Below are positions 40,581-56,301 of a stretch of 64,000 nucleotides of DNA, one piece after another (the stretch's first letter is position 1; the number at the start of each line of letters is the position of its first letter). Source of the stretch: the human T2T-CHM13v2.0 reference genome, Homo sapiens; the NCBI RefSeq assembly GCF_009914755.1, contig NC_060926.1. The stretch is one strand, 5' to 3'. Position numbers and translations under genes: made by a program. Under the pieces are notes generated by a model that saw only the letters and a program-made list of their open reading frames with translations, had not been told where the DNA came from and made no database searches.

Positions 40581-41649
40581 TTTAAAAAAGTGAACTCGTA
40601 CAAGATTAACACAGCATGGACAGTCACTGGGGAGGTAGCTGCAGGCCTGGCACTGTGGTAAGGAGGCCTGCTGTGTGCTCACTCTCCCTCCGGACAAGGC
40701 TGTGTGGATACCACTCTTGCCTCCATTTGCTACGTGAGCAATCAAGGTTGTAAGAGGTTAAATGAATTGCCCCAGGTCACATAGTTCAGTGGACAGCCAT
40801 GACTCAAACTCAAGTCTACTTATCCAATGTCAAGTCTACCCTCAGAACTCAAAAGCTGGGTGCCAAACCTGTACTCCCTAATAGAATTGATACCTCAAGC
40901 ACAAGAGTGTAGGAAGAGGAGAGCCAGAGGAAATGCAGGCAATGCCCATCACAGTCTGTCTGGAGAGGGTGCCTGGCAGGCCGTCCCAGCCAGCTTGCCA
41001 AGTGGAGGTATTCTGCCTATAGAAATTACACGGCAACCCATCAGGGCCTGGTGCCGTTTTACATTCAAATCACGTACTTCACTGCCTGTTTTCCAGATCC
41101 ATGCTCCTAAGCAAACAAGTAATTTGCCTTTACTGATTTAGCAACCACAGAGAGAACAGTGGGAGTCAGGGCATTATCTGAACAGTAGTCTACCACTTGG
41201 CCTGTGTAGCCGAGATGTTCCTCATTAGCCGCCAGTGAGCTGGGCCTTCATTTGAGGCCTCAGTCCCTGTGGGTTTTGTGATGGGAGTTGGTATCCCTGC
41301 CTCTAACTGACACTGACAGGTGGTGTACCTGAACTGCGGAGGGGCGTTGAGTCTTCTTTCTCGGGAGAAAGGCTCCATGGCCAGGCCTATGCTGGGAGCT
41401 GCAGGGTGAGCCAGGAGGGTGAGCACCACTAGCTCTCAGCAAAGCTGCAAAGACAACACACAGGTGGCCATGGCACAAGACATTTGATCTTAGAGAGGCA
41501 CCTAAACAACCTTGTGAGGACCCTGGAGAGAGGGAGCCACACTCCTGGAGGCCTCCCCTGGGGCCTTGCAGAGGGTGGGGCAGGACAGGGTGGGGGCTTC
41601 TCAGATGGAGGGAAGGGAGACTATTCACAGCCTTTTATCTGCATAGAGT

Positions 41650-41820
41650 TGTCACATATGTTATGTCACTGGATCCTTACAACAGCCCCCGAAGTGTGGT
41701 TCGTATCATCTCCATTTTACAGGTAAAGAAGCTTGATTCCAAGAAGTTCTGTTGTTAGCTCTGAATTAAATCAGAGGCAGAGCCAGGACTTCTGACTTCC
41801 AATCTCTGGCTTTTCTTGAA
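41650..41820. mobile_element. MIR
   Basis: atccttacaacagccc...ctccattttacagg.aaagaa. Confidence 0.65.
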
Positions 41821-42914
41821 TGTAGCAGAAATACTAAAATGATGGTTCTGACAGGGGGCTCTGCTGGTAGCACTTACCACCTAATGAGGTGGGACTGCTA
41901 TCATATTGTTTCAAAGATGGGGAAACCGAGGCACCACCATCCAATGCTTGGTGTGAGGCCACATGCTAGGTCAAGCTGTGGTTCAGCCCCGTGCTCAGCC
42001 ACCCCACACAGAGCAGTGGGAGAAGAGGAAAGGGCCCAGGGAGGCCTTGACGGCTGGGCAGGGTCCATGCCAGTCCCGCAGTCTTGGGGGCTGGAGGCTA
42101 CAAGTGGAGACTGTCCAGGAGTGGTCGGCTCTGAGCTCTACCTAGGGGAGAATGGCCTGGGCAAAACGCTAGCAGGGAGGAGGGTCTAAATGCCTCTGCC
42201 AGTGCTGAGACCCTAAATGCCAAGACAGAGCACAGCCCCTGCCCACTGCCACGACGTCTGTGCTGCCCTGAGATGCCAGCTGAGGCTTGAGATGCACCCC
42301 CCTTCCCGAGCCGGCCCCACCCCTGGCCGGGCCTCACAGACCAGGGACCGTCTTGGAATCGGTCAGGACCTTCTAGGGCTGAGCAGTCTGTCGGAGTTCT
42401 CTTCTCCCTTCTGTTTCATGTCACCCTTCCAGGGGGTTCCCTTCACTTCTCAAAGAAGATCACATTCAGCTGACCACAAGGGAAACATCTGGGGCCTGTG
42501 AGCTGTTGGAGCCCTGCTTCTGTTCCGCCTGTGGTCCCAGCATCTGAGGCTGGCTGAGTTCTGCTGACTGTCCTCTCTGTGCTCTCCTCCAGCACCAGAA
42601 GCAGTGGTCTCCATCTTCCCACAGTGATAGGAGCCTGTGCTACCCAGCCTGTGGCTCCAGAACTTGACCCCTCCCTCAGTGAAAATCCTGGGCTCGGCCC
42701 TAAAGCCACACCAGGGTCAGCTGGTGTTTAACATGGTAAGGGTTAAATCCCAGACACCCAAGAAAATGGCAGCAGCTGTTTGTCCAGGGCCCATCATTTG
42801 AACCTGCCCCAAAAACCAACTGGAATAAGTCAAAAGAGGACTTCTTGACTCAACTGAAAAGCTGAGGGCAGACAATCAGACGTGTGCAAATGATGGGGCT
42901 GGTGTTCCATGAGG

Positions 42915-43037
42915 ACACTTGGCATTCTGCTGGACCTAGGGATGTGGGATATCTTGCAATGTGTACAATCGTCCCACGTGGGCAAAGCCTGTCCTGTCCC
43001 AAATGCCAAGAGTGGTGGGTTCACTAAGAAACGCTGG
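42915..43037. mobile_element. MER3/MER20-like hAT fragment
   Basis: atcttgcaatgtgtaca..gtccca...tgtcct..cccaaatgccaa...taagaaacgctg. Confidence 0.6.
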
Positions 43038-44370
43038 TGTAGATGAGTTTGCTTCAGGCATAGCTGGGTCCAGGTGCTCACATGACGTTTGTGGGTATTG
43101 CTGGGCTCTGCTGCCCTCCACGTGGCTCCTTCCTCAGCAGATTTCCCCATCTTACAGCACAATGAGGACCAGCAGGTTCAGGGTGCCATCTGACACCTTC
43201 CCCATCCCTGCAAAAATAGGCCTGCTCCTTCTCCATGGGCCCAGCCAAAACCCTGGCATTGACTCTCACTGGCTCCGTTTGGGCCCGTGCTGCCCTCCCT
43301 GACTCAGCCATTTTGGACAGGGGACATGTATATACTGATTGATAGCGCCTGAGGTGTCAGCCCTGCCCAGACTTCATGGATTGAGAGTGGGGGTGAGAAG
43401 ATACACGTAGAGCTATTGGCAAAAACAAAAGGAGCTCATGACCGGGCAGACAAAAACTGCAGACGCACACTCCCCAGGGCCGCTCCTCCAGGACATTGCC
43501 CTGGAACCCCATGGCACTGTGCAAAAGCATGCGTCTTCCGAGGGCCACCATACCATATTTAGGAAAATGAGATATAAAAACTGGATCTAAAAGAAGTCCC
43601 AGAGGAAACGTCAACAGACGTGGACATCATTACAAATGTGAAGAAAGAACTCTTTATTTGGAAAAAGTAACGTTCTGTAATGTTCCAAAAAAAAAAAATG
43701 GAAGCAGATGAAAGCCTGGAGACAGCCAGGAAGTGTCACATGGGACACCCACTCACCACACCCCTCGATGGCCTGGCTTCACCCACTCACTTATCAGATC
43801 AGTGAGCAGTCACAGATGAATGTAAGTGCTCAGACAGGGCACCCCAGATAAGGCATGAAAGGACAGACACAGCTGCCCACCCCAGCCAGAGTTCACATCT
43901 GGAGAGGAAGGCAAGCCGTGTGGGTAGTCATGGACTCGGCAGTCTGTGCCTGAGGAGCAAAGGCGCTACAAGCCCGGGACGGGGGGATGCAGTCCACTCC
44001 ATGATGGGTCCCAGAGCGCTTCCTCTGGACGTTCTTGGCAAGAATACACAACACCAGCACATGAGTCAAGGAGCTCACAACCAGCTTACCCATTCCTGCC
44101 GGGAGAAATGGAAGGAAGTGCCCATCCGTCAGGGTCACACAGGACTTGCCTGGGTCTGGGCATCTTCTCTCCACCCCTTCCCACTCTACTCATTCATTCA
44201 ACAGCTACTTCTGCTCTGGGCCCAGCACCAGGGTCACGGAGATGAATCCAGGCAAGAGGACCCACCTCATGTATTCAGGCCTTCCTGGAGGTCTGCCTGG
44301 TGGGGCCCAGCCGCCTGTCAGATTATGCGGTGTTTGGTGCTATGGAAAGAAGTGTGCAAACCCACGTGCC

Positions 44371-44910
44371 TGTATCAGTCACTTAGGCTGCCATATCAAA
44401 ATACCATGCACTGCGTGGCTGAAACAACAGAAATATATTCTCTCAAAGTGCTGGAGGCTGGAAGTCCAAGGTTGAAGTTGCAGCAGGGTTGGTTTCCTCT
44501 GAGACCTCTCTCCTCGGCTTGCACACCGCCGTCTCCTCACTCTGTCAAGCAGCTGTGGCGGGTCGTCTTGCCCGGATTCATCTCTGTGCGTCTGTATCCA
44601 GTGTTCCTCTTCTTTTTAAAATGAATTTGTGTAAATTTATGGGGTGCAATTTTGTTACATGCCATAGTGGTCAAGTCAGGAGTTTTAGTGTATCCATCAC
44701 CCGAATAACATACATGACATGTCCCCTTTAAGCAATTTCTCATCCTCCACCCCCTGCACCCTCACCCTTCTCACAAGGACACCAGTCAGGCCAGATTAGG
44801 CCCACCAATGGACTCATTTTAATTTAATCTCCAAGCAGAGACACACGCTGAGGCACTGGGGGCTAGGACTTCAACATATGAATTTTCGGGGAACATAATT
44901 CAGCCCATGT
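44371..44910. mobile_element. MLT1B/C LTR interrupted by an antisense L1MA 3'-end fragment (about 44612-44770)
   Basis: aggctgccat..caaaatacca...ctggaggctggaagtccaag; insert aatttatggggt...tagtggtcaagtcagg..ttttagtgtatccatcacc; LTR resumes at aaggacaccagtca...aattcagccca. Confidence 0.8.
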
Positions 44911-45984
44911 GCCTGTGCTCATGGAGACCAGGTCATAATGAAGTCAAAAGTTAAATTAATCAAAATAACTAGGCGATAGCTACCGGGCAAATACTATAGG
45001 GCAAAGTACTAAGGGATCGCAGGAAACTCTTATCTAGTTGGAGAGGTGAGGGGCATGGAGGGCCACTTAGAGGGTGTCCGGGTCTTATCTGGACCTCCAC
45101 ACTGTAGTCTTGTTTAGAAATTCACAAGGCAGGAAGAGGGGAAAGAATGTTCGGTTGGCGGGAACGGTGTGTGTGCACACCCCAACCCGAGGCTGGGGAG
45201 AGCTTGGCAGGATCAAGAAACTGAGGGAGCCCAGAGCAGGTGTGGAGGAGAGGGCTGAGGTGAGAATGGCCAGGGGTAGGTCTCTGAGCCTTCCAGGCCA
45301 GAAGCAGGAGGCAGTGTTTCCTGGGCTCTCAAGGGGTGTTTAGATGCAAACTGTGTCGGGAGCTCCCTCTGTTGGTGGCACAGGGAATGGCTCGTATGAA
45401 TGTGGGAAGCTGGCACAGCAGATGCTGGGCAAAGGGCAAGGCGTCTCTGCCAAGGGGGCGGTGAGGGCATGTGGGGGAGCAGACAGCCCCGAGGGTCCTT
45501 TGACAAGTCAGTCCGATGTGGAGGCCGAGGGGAAGCCTTCCACATGTCCTAGAGGGAAACCCCGAGGTAGCTCTTCTCACATTTGTGCAGTGACTACCAG
45601 ACTGAAGGAACCCCGGTTCCATCCTCACCCTCTGCAGCCCAGAGGGCTGATGGGGTCCAGGGCTTCATTTCTGTTCCTAGCCGGGACCAGGGGCTCTGAG
45701 CACCCACAGCCCCTTCCCAACAAAACAGCCACTTGTGTGTGCCATGGGGTGACCCCTCCTCCCTGCCCAGCCTGGGCTGGGGAAGGGCCCCGTCTGACCA
45801 GGAGCTGGCCTCCTCCAGCTAAAGCCAGGGTGAGCAGAGTGGGGCCCATGCTGGGTGACTGCAACAAAAGCAAGAGAGGCTTTCCTGCAGGGGAAGCGGC
45901 AGAGAGCAAAGGTGGGACGGGTTGCCGGAGCTATGGGGAGTGGGCCCTTCCAGGAGCCCCTGGCCTCCTCGTGGGTGCTGAAGA

Positions 45985-46240
45985 TGGCAAGTGCGTGTTA
46001 AGCATGTACTAAGCCCACCCTCTGCGCCCGCCCCATGCTTAGCACTCTACATCCATTGCCTCGTTTTTGTCCTCACATCAGGCTTATGAAGTAGGAATTA
46101 TGACCATGCAATTTCACAGATGGGGAAACTGAGGCAGAGAGCAGTTAACCAACTCGCCTCAGGAAGGGGCAAAGAGGTGCGGCACCTAGGATTCAAGCAC
46201 TGGCAGTCTGGCTCCAAAGGCCGCACTCCTAACTCCTCAG
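45985..46240. mobile_element. MIR
   Basis: atttcacagatggggaaactgaggcagagag..gttaa...ggattcaa. Confidence 0.8.
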
Positions 46241-48289
46241 CCTGTTCTTGGCCTCGGGAGGCCTGGCTGATGTCAGGGCCATTGACACTTGTCCCTGTCT
46301 GACTTGCTGTGACAGTGCTCCCTGAAGCCTGACTCGGGACTGGAGAATGAGGTCCCACAGCCACAACAAGTTCTCAGCTGTCCTCTGTGGCCTCTGATGA
46401 CAGCACCAGGTGGCCCAGTATACCACATGCCCCCATCTGGTGACAACATACTCTTTGATCAAAAAGAACAAAAAGTTCTCCCGCAATCCAGTGTGCCTCT
46501 GGTCAGGCCTACAGGCTGGCAATTGGTGGCCTTAGGGGTGGTGTCCTTGCAGTCAGGCTGGGAGAACCTGCCCACCTGAAGGTGCCTGGACCACATGGCA
46601 ATCAGCTAAGGCCAACCACTGTTGTGGCAAGGCTCAGATCACCTGCAGAAGGTGGGAGCCTGCAGGGAGGAATAGGGAGGGGCACAAGCCCTGGGGTCAG
46701 GGGCAGGTTCCAGCCCCGCTTCTGCCTCCAGCTGGCTTTGTGACCCAACGTGAGACCAGGTCCAGGGCTGGCCATCTACTGTAAGTCTTTTCTATGGAAT
46801 TGCTCCACAAGTCCTTGTCCACACCCTCCCTGCATTTTCATGGCTGCTGCCCCATGCCCCCAAATAAGGAATGGGGGGTGGACAGAGAGAGAGGTGAGGT
46901 CCTGCATCCTGGGAGAGCACACCCAGGAGGCCGAGGTGGGGGTGGCCCATGTGTGCCTCCTGGCACCCAGTGTGGTGCTGCCCACAGCAGGTGCCGATGC
47001 ACACGTACTGCAGAATTGCCCTAGATGGTGTTGCTGCCCAGAGGACTCTGGGACTCCCAAGTGGGAGTTGAGCTGAGTGCCAGACCCATCTCCAGGGCAC
47101 ACAGGAGTCCCATCATGTGTGATAATAAGCTTTCTCTACAACTCTAGTGGGGGCTGTGATATCTGTCTCAACATCCAAACACTTTTAGGGGGCTTGTCCG
47201 CCCTCCTCGGCCTGCTGGAAACTCTCTTCCTGGCTCTGGCCTGGGACCCTGGCCCTCCTCCTGCTGGGCCCTGGCCCCACTGTCCTTTGCTGCATGCATG
47301 CCTTGGTGACTGACGTGTGGGCCCCATGTGTCCCGGCCCTCCCTGCCCTGCATCCCTGCTGCTCCCAGGGTGCCCTCAGTGTGTCCTTCCTCCTTCTTCT
47401 GATGCCCAGCAAACCACCTGATGTGCTGCAGCTGATTTCACCTCTCACTGTGGCCTCCGCCACCCTCCTGCCCCCTCCTGAGTCAAGCTCCAGGTATGCC
47501 CAGGGATGGTCCCAGGCTGCCTGGGGGTCCACTCTGTACCGCGCTGGGCACCCAGGGATTTTAACATCACAAGTCCCCTCGCTACCCTCCCTGGTCTACT
47601 GCATCTGCCTCCTGGTCTCCTGGTCTTCACTGTGTGTCTCTCTATCTACACTCCAGGTTTTTCTGGGACATTCTTGACTAGACCCGGCTTGCTGGGCCTC
47701 GTGGGAGGCAAGTCAGCCACAGAGGCTGAGCAAGAAAGAGAAGCCGGGCAGGCTGGGCACCCTGGAGAGCCCTCAGGTAGCATCTTTGACTTTCCCCCTC
47801 CCAGGTGCTCCTGTCTCTCCCAGAGCCTCCACCCTGGGTGCCCCAAGACCTAAGACCCCTCACATGACTCTGACCCTGACCCCTCCTCACCCCCTCCTGG
47901 GCCAGCAAGGGAGCAGCCGCCTGCTATTCACCTCCAGTTCTTCAGGTCCACCATGACTTTGGCCATTGCCATGGCAACCATCTTGCACGTGGGTGGCCTG
48001 GCAGCCTCTTTCTGTCCTGGGTGGCTTCTCAGTCACCTAAGGGAGGGAAACCTGCAAGAGCCCACACAATACTTTCCCCTGCACAGAGCTGAAGGTGCAA
48101 GGCCCGAAGGAGCCAGCGGACGGATGTGCTGCCCTTCCTGGGGCAGTTCTGAGGCACCCCATGCCATGCCACCCCAGCTCCTTCCCTGGCACAATGCCCC
48201 GACCTTCCACTCCCGTGCCCTGGAATTTCTTCCCAAAAGAAAGCACCTGCACAGTAGACCTGTCTCAGCACCCAGGCCCCATGGATTCA

Positions 48290-48725
48290 CACCTGACACA
48301 CCACACACACCTCATGTGCATGCACACACATCCCACATGCACACACCCCACACATGTACACATGCATGCATATACTCCACATGCACACACCTCACACATG
48401 TACACATGCATGCACACACCTCCCGTATGCACACACTTCACACATGTACACATGCATGCACATACTCCACATGCATACACACTATATGCACACCACACAC
48501 ATCACACACGTGCACATATAGACACTCCACATGTACACACACCACATGTACACACACATGTACACACACCACATGTACACACACCATACCCACATGCACA
48601 CATTATATGCACATACACACACACTGCATGCACACACCACACAAGCCACGTGCATGCACAAACACACGTCCACACACTATATGCACATGCGCACACATCA
48701 CTTGCACATTTGCACACACACCCTT
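48290..48725. repeat. Complex (CACATG/CA)n simple repeat of about 430 bp
   Basis: Directly visible. Confidence 0.95.
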
Positions 48726-50703
48726 CTCCCAGTTCTAGGACACCTGCGTAGATGAGGCTTTGCAGGAGGAGTGCCACAAGGGAAGGAGGGAGGTGGGTGC
48801 CCATGGAGGCTGTAGTCTGTGCTGCCTCACCTCCCCAGAGCCAGCCTGTGGCTACAGAGGATGTGGCCAGGGGTGTAGGGGATTGGGTATCACCAGCAAA
48901 CCAAGCCCTCACCCACAGCCACATTCTAACTTCAGCATCCAACAAAGCACTTCAGCTACCCCAGGGGACCACCGTGATGGTGGCCGATGAGCAAATCCTA
49001 GAAGAGCAAGCAGCCGGGTGGAGCCCAGGCAGCCTCCTGGGCCTGGGGGCCTTCTGGTCCCCAGTGAGTCTGCGGCTCCATGTCAGAGTTCTCCTCACCA
49101 CTCAAAGCTAGAACGGAGAAGGGCCTTAATGTGGGCATGTTCCCACGGTCCTTAGAAAGGCAGTAAGCCTGGTTTATGTTGCTCCATCAAGTGCTCTTGC
49201 AGCTCTGAGGTTTGGTTGAAACTTAAACTCAGCATCAAGCTAGCCGGGCCAGATTCTGAGCTTATGTAACGCCCTGGAAACTCCCATGTGCTGGACTGGC
49301 TGTTTCTGGAATCTTATTATGATTCATAACTTGGTTACGGCTCTGAGCTGGTAAATACGGAGTTTCTGCTGTGGACTCAGAAAACCACGTTATAAAACAC
49401 AGACCAGGGCTGTTAGGAAAACGCAGCCCCGGGTGTGCGAGTGCCCACAGCTGCAGCCCATCCGCCCACCGCCCCCAGGGCTAGTGAATTATGACTGTGC
49501 ACAGCTCAGACCTCCATGGATGAAAGGCAGACTCACAGGGCCCTGTACGAGTTCAGTGTGGGGCACTTGGCTGTGTGTTGGAACCAGCCTGTGTGCAGGC
49601 CAGGCGGGATGCCGCAGGGAAGCCCTGGTGTGGGACCAGGGCCGTCCCTAGAGTTGGGCTCTTTCCCCTGTGTACAGACCCCCACGCAGGGACCTTGAGC
49701 CTGCAGTGCTCTGCCAGAGTGGCCTCAGGTGTGGCTACAGCCTGGACTGGAGTTTTCCTTCCCCTCATTTTTCACTTTCAGTCGCTGTGGGACCGATTGG
49801 TCTCTGGACTCTTCTTGCAGCTTTATTCCATGGTTCGAGGTCCACAGCTTGACTCCCTTGGGGGTTTGGGTGCCAGGGGAGAGGGCTGCCCCCCAGGCCC
49901 TGGGCACGGCGGTCACTTTCTCACTGCCTCCTCCTTTCCCTGGTCAGGTGGTGCTTCCCACCCTCCCTCCCTCTCATCTTCCCCCATGCCCCTCACACAC
50001 TTCCCTCTCCTCAAGCCTCTGACTTCCATTAGCCAGAGATGCCTGGGACATGGAGCCAACCACATCTGCCAACTCTCATGCCCAGAGCCCTGCCCTGGGG
50101 CCTGAATGCAAGTCCAGGGATGACCTTTGCCCTGGAAATCACTTGTGGCCTCTGTCTGCTGGGCATAGGGTTTACCGCACATGCTGGATGTGGGTCCAGG
50201 TCTGCACTCAGCCTGGATGACCAATGGCGGCCAGGGCCAGGAGGGTTCTCCAGGCATTGGGAATAGACTAAATGGAAACTCGGCGGCACCCAGCACCCCA
50301 TGATGGCGAGCTTGGCACACCCCTTGACGCCAAACAGTGTGCCCCACATGATTCAGTGTAAGTTGAGGAGGGAGGGCCTACAGGCAGTGGCTGAGAGAAG
50401 GGGGCCTGCAGGCTGGGGGCAGAGTGGCTATGCCCTCCCTGGAGGGTCCGTGGGGGATGTGGAATGTCCTGCCTATTGCTAACTTGCTTCATCTCATGGC
50501 TGGCCAGACTCCAGGACAAAGCCCTGGTGGAGTGGAGGACAAGAGCCATTGGCAGTGCAGGCCCTTCCTTCCCTTCCTAGGCCCCAGATCTCAAACCCAC
50601 CTCCCCACTGAGGACCTCAGGAGAGCGCCTCATCCCCTCAGCCAGATCTCCAGCACCCCAAACTCGGCCATGGCTACAGAGATGCTTCTTCCCAGGGTAG
50701 GAG

Positions 50704-51077
50704 TAGTAGTCTGTTTTGCGTTGCTACAAAGGAATACCTGAGGCTGGATAATTTATCAAGAAAAAAGGTTTATTTGACTCATGGTTCTGCAGGTTGTACA
50801 GGAAGCATGGCACCAGCATTTGCATCTGGTGAGGCCTTGGGAGGCAAAAGTGGAGCAGGAGGGGTAGGGGCTGTGGCGGACTTTTTCAAACGATCAGATC
50901 TCATATGAACTAACAGAGCAAGAGCTCACTCATTACCGCCAGGAACGCACCAAGCCATTCCTGAGGGATCCGCCCCACGACCCAAACACCGCCTGCCAGG
51001 CCCCATCTCCAGCACTAGGGATTGCATTTCCACCTGGGGTTGGAGGGGACAAACAACCAAACATCCAAACAATATCA
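50704..51077. mobile_element. MSTB-like MaLR LTR
   Basis: tagtctgttttgcgttgct..aaaggaatacctgaggctgg...atccaaacaatatca. Confidence 0.85.
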
Positions 51078-53766
51078 GCAGGGATTCTTTGTGCTAACTA
51101 CCTGCTTAATGCTTAGCACTCAGCTCCAAGGTCTCTAGCTGAGTGGAATGGTTATGATTCAGGGGTCTTCCCTGGGCTAAGGGGCATGGGAGCAGCCTAT
51201 GAGTCCTGGAGCCCCCAGACACCCTTGAGTGGGCTGCTGAGCCCACCAGGCCTCCTGGCACTCTACAACACATGGGCCCGAGCAGGTGATGTGTGGCCCA
51301 TGCTGGGCCTGAAGGACCTAAGTCCCACCCCCTGTGCCCAGGGCCTGGGGGGCAGCCCTCTCCCCTGGCGTCACTGATGGTGCTGTCTTAGGCCAGAGTC
51401 TCCTCATCTGGAAAATGTGGCCATGACGGGACATGTTCTGAGGCTTAAGGGTTTGTAAATGCCTGGTGCAGGAGAGGTTCCACTGGCACAGAAGCACGGG
51501 CCTACAGCTGGGGCTGAGCACTTAGGCCTGTCCTGATATGCGGACACTCAGTCTCCCAGGCTGTGGCCACCGGGTCACAGAGAGCCCGCCCTTCCTCAGG
51601 CAGGGCACAGGCAAGGCGGCTGTGAGGGCCGCCACTGGAGGGCGTGCTGGTCCCACTCCAGCCACCCCAACGCAAGGGAGGCTTTCATTACTGAAGAAGT
51701 GGGAAGGAGGCGAGCCCGTGTCTGGCCTCTCGCAGGAGCCCCCAGCCCCAAAGCAGGGCTGGCGTGTGAGGCGCAGGTAACTGCAGTGCAAGCGGGATCC
51801 CCTCGACCGAACAATTCAAATTAAGGGCAACTTCCTACCTCTTGCCTTCAGATGAAATCTGCTAAACGATGGCTGCATTTTCCAAAACTGATAGATCAGT
51901 TACTTTCCCACAATATTTTTAGTGCAAAGAATGGTTAAACACTGCTCCTCATCAGTCTCAGTGGATCTTGATGCCAGAGGTAGGGTGGGCAGCATGGCCC
52001 CCAGAATTCCTGGCCTCAGCAAAATGAGCCCCAGCCCAGTCCTCCAGTGTACAGTTCGGGTAAGGGTGATCGCAGCCCTACCCACTAGGAACACATGGCT
52101 GAGCTTTGCTCCCCTGCAAACTGCCTTCCAGGAACACTGGCCAGCCCTCACCCCACAGGCCTAGAACCGGCCAGAAACACTGAGTTCTGGGGGACTGGTG
52201 TCCCTGTACGAGCCTTAGAAAGGGTCACCCGGAATGTGCAAAGGGTATACACAGAGGTCCCGCCCAGCCTCTGGAAGCTGCTGTCCTCCCCTGTTGCCAG
52301 CATCGCCCGCCCCCTCCCACTCCATCGCCCATGACTTCAGTGCCCCTTTGTCTCCACACCAGCCCCCCTCTTTATCCCCGGACTGTGCGGGGCCTGGGAC
52401 TTGGTCCATGCTCAATAAAGCCTGACAGGTTCATTGGTCATTCATGTGTCAACCTGAGGCTTGCAGGAGTCTCTGCTGGAATCTTCCGGAAGCTGCCGAA
52501 CCACCGCAGCAAGGAAGGCCGGGTGAGTGAACAGAGTCCAAACACCGCAGGTTCGGACCTGTGAACCCCGCCTGGCTGCTGCTTGCTTCAGCCCTGTGCA
52601 GGGAACAGCATTAGAGCAATGGCTGCACTCTGACGTTGGAATCCTGCCCAGGCCCTCCTCTCATGGCCCCTTCACAGCTCAGCAGGGGTGTGAGCTCCAC
52701 GCCTGCAGACCCCACGGCTGTCTGCCTCTGCCTGAGTTCTTTACTGCTCCGTCCTGGGCTGGGTTCTGGCTGGAGGTTCTGATCCCACGGGGCTGGGTGG
52801 GTGTCCCAAGTGCCCACCGTGCAGCACAGGCTGACACCCAGTGCTGTCGAGAGCCTGGAGCACACCCACAAACACGAGGCCTGGTGTTCCACAAGGACAA
52901 TGCCATCCCCAGGTGACTAGGAAGCCTAGATAACGACGCCCGAGGTCTTTGCAGCTTTGTGTGGCCTGCAGGGTCCCAGAAGGTGCAGCTGCAGAGGGTA
53001 TGCCCCCGATGGGAGCTCGAGTCCCATTTGAGAACTTCAGAGGAGCAGACGTGGATGAAAACAAGTGGGCTGAGCCCAGGGGCTGAGGCCCTGCAGATAC
53101 GAGCTGCAACTCGCTTACCTGGTGTGCAGCCATGAAGCCACAAGCTACAAGGTCTGCTTTTCTAATTGGCGGCATTTGAATCCTTGCACACATCTTGCAA
53201 CAACAACTCACAGGGTAAAATATAAATAAGTGTGGGCAATTGTTTCTTTTCTGGTTTCCTTCTATTCAGCATGAAGTTGTTTCTAAGCCTTCCAAAAGGG
53301 CTGTTCCTACACATCTCTTGTTTCTCCTCCTACACAGGCCGGCCCTCCAGGGTGAGGGCATCAGCTGTGTTAACTGAGCACGGTGCTGGGCCCTTTACTC
53401 CATCATCTCACTTTACAAGCACCCTATGAGGACTCTCATCATGGTCATTTTACAAATGGGAGAGCAGGGGTTCAGAGAGGTTAGGTAGCTTCCCCCAGGG
53501 CTTACAGCCAGCCAGCAACTTAACTCAGTGTCTGCAGACCCCAGAGCCTACGGCCCAGCTCCACAAATACCGCAGCTTCAAGTCTGTAACTCCAACAGGG
53601 GGCATCTGCTCTAAGAACCATTGCCTTGTTGCTTCTGCTGGACATTCCCACCATTAGCAGCACTAAATTGTAAGTAAAGCAAATATGTGCATACTGAATC
53701 AAAATTTCCAACTGAACTTTGTTGTAATTTTTTTTAATGCATTCTCACAGAATGTGTTTTGGGTTC

Positions 53767-54478
<712 letters not shown>

Positions 54479-54879
54479 AGTTTAATGCATATTTGTTACT
54501 GTGTGATTTGCCCAAACTTGTAGTTCTAGGAACATTGACCTGTATGTCATCCTGTTGTTAAAAGAACTGCACCTCAAGAGAGAGGCCTCAAGAACTCAGC
54601 CCTGGCTGGGCACCAACTGTGTCCCTACAGTTGCTGGGGAGATCATACTGGTCTCCAGGGTCAGTTGTGACTTGAAAATTCTGTTTACACCCTTTTAAAA
54701 GAAGAGCAGACACGCATTAAAAATAGATAAAACCACATATGTCACTCGGCTAGTTAGCATTTCATTGAGAGGCCCAGACCCTGGGTAAAAAGAAAGACAC
54801 AGGACATCCAGCATGCTTTTGTCAAGGGCATGTGAGGGCGTTGCTTTCTATTGCCTGCTCTTGTTGCTGTTCCATGTAT

Positions 54880-55300
54880 GTAGCATCCCTGAAATTACGA
54901 AATGATAGAGATGGAGAACAGGTGAGTGGTTGCCAGGAGCTGGGGTTGGGGTAAGAAAGGGAGTGAAATGATAGCTGTGGCTGCAAAAGGGTGGACTGAA
55001 GCATCTGCGTGAGGATGGGTGATTCTTTGTCCTGACTGAGGAGGTGGTTGCATGCATCTACACGTGAGATGAAATTACATGGAAATAAATACCGGTGTGC
55101 ACGCACACACATGCTTGTTAGCATGATATCTGAGCAAGGCCAATGGATCGTACAAGGCTAATTTCCTGTGATACGGTACTACGTGTAGTTTTGCTAGATG
55201 TTGCCATTGGGGAAAATTTAGTGAAGGATATGTGGGATCTCTGAATTTATGTCTTAAAACTGCATGTGAATCCACAATTATCTCAAATTTTAAGTTTTTA
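54880..55300 (+). mobile_element. L1MC-type 3' UTR fragment
   Basis: tagagatggagaacag..agtggttgccagg...gatgttgccattggggaaa...aactgcatgtgaatc.acaattatctcaaa. Confidence 0.75.
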
Positions 55301-55389
55301 AAAGGGAAGGAGGAGTTAGACCTGAATTCAGAGCAGAAAGATAATAAAGGTGGGTGGGAATAAGAGCTCTGCTTAAGAATTATGATGTT

Positions 55390-55703
<314 letters not shown>

Positions 55704-55715
55704 TTATGATGTTGA

Positions 55716-56301
<586 letters not shown>

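Noticed and set aside
47953-48945. 261, 218 and 147-aa HT/CV-rich ORFs
   Set aside because: Same artefact, from the CACATG repeat.
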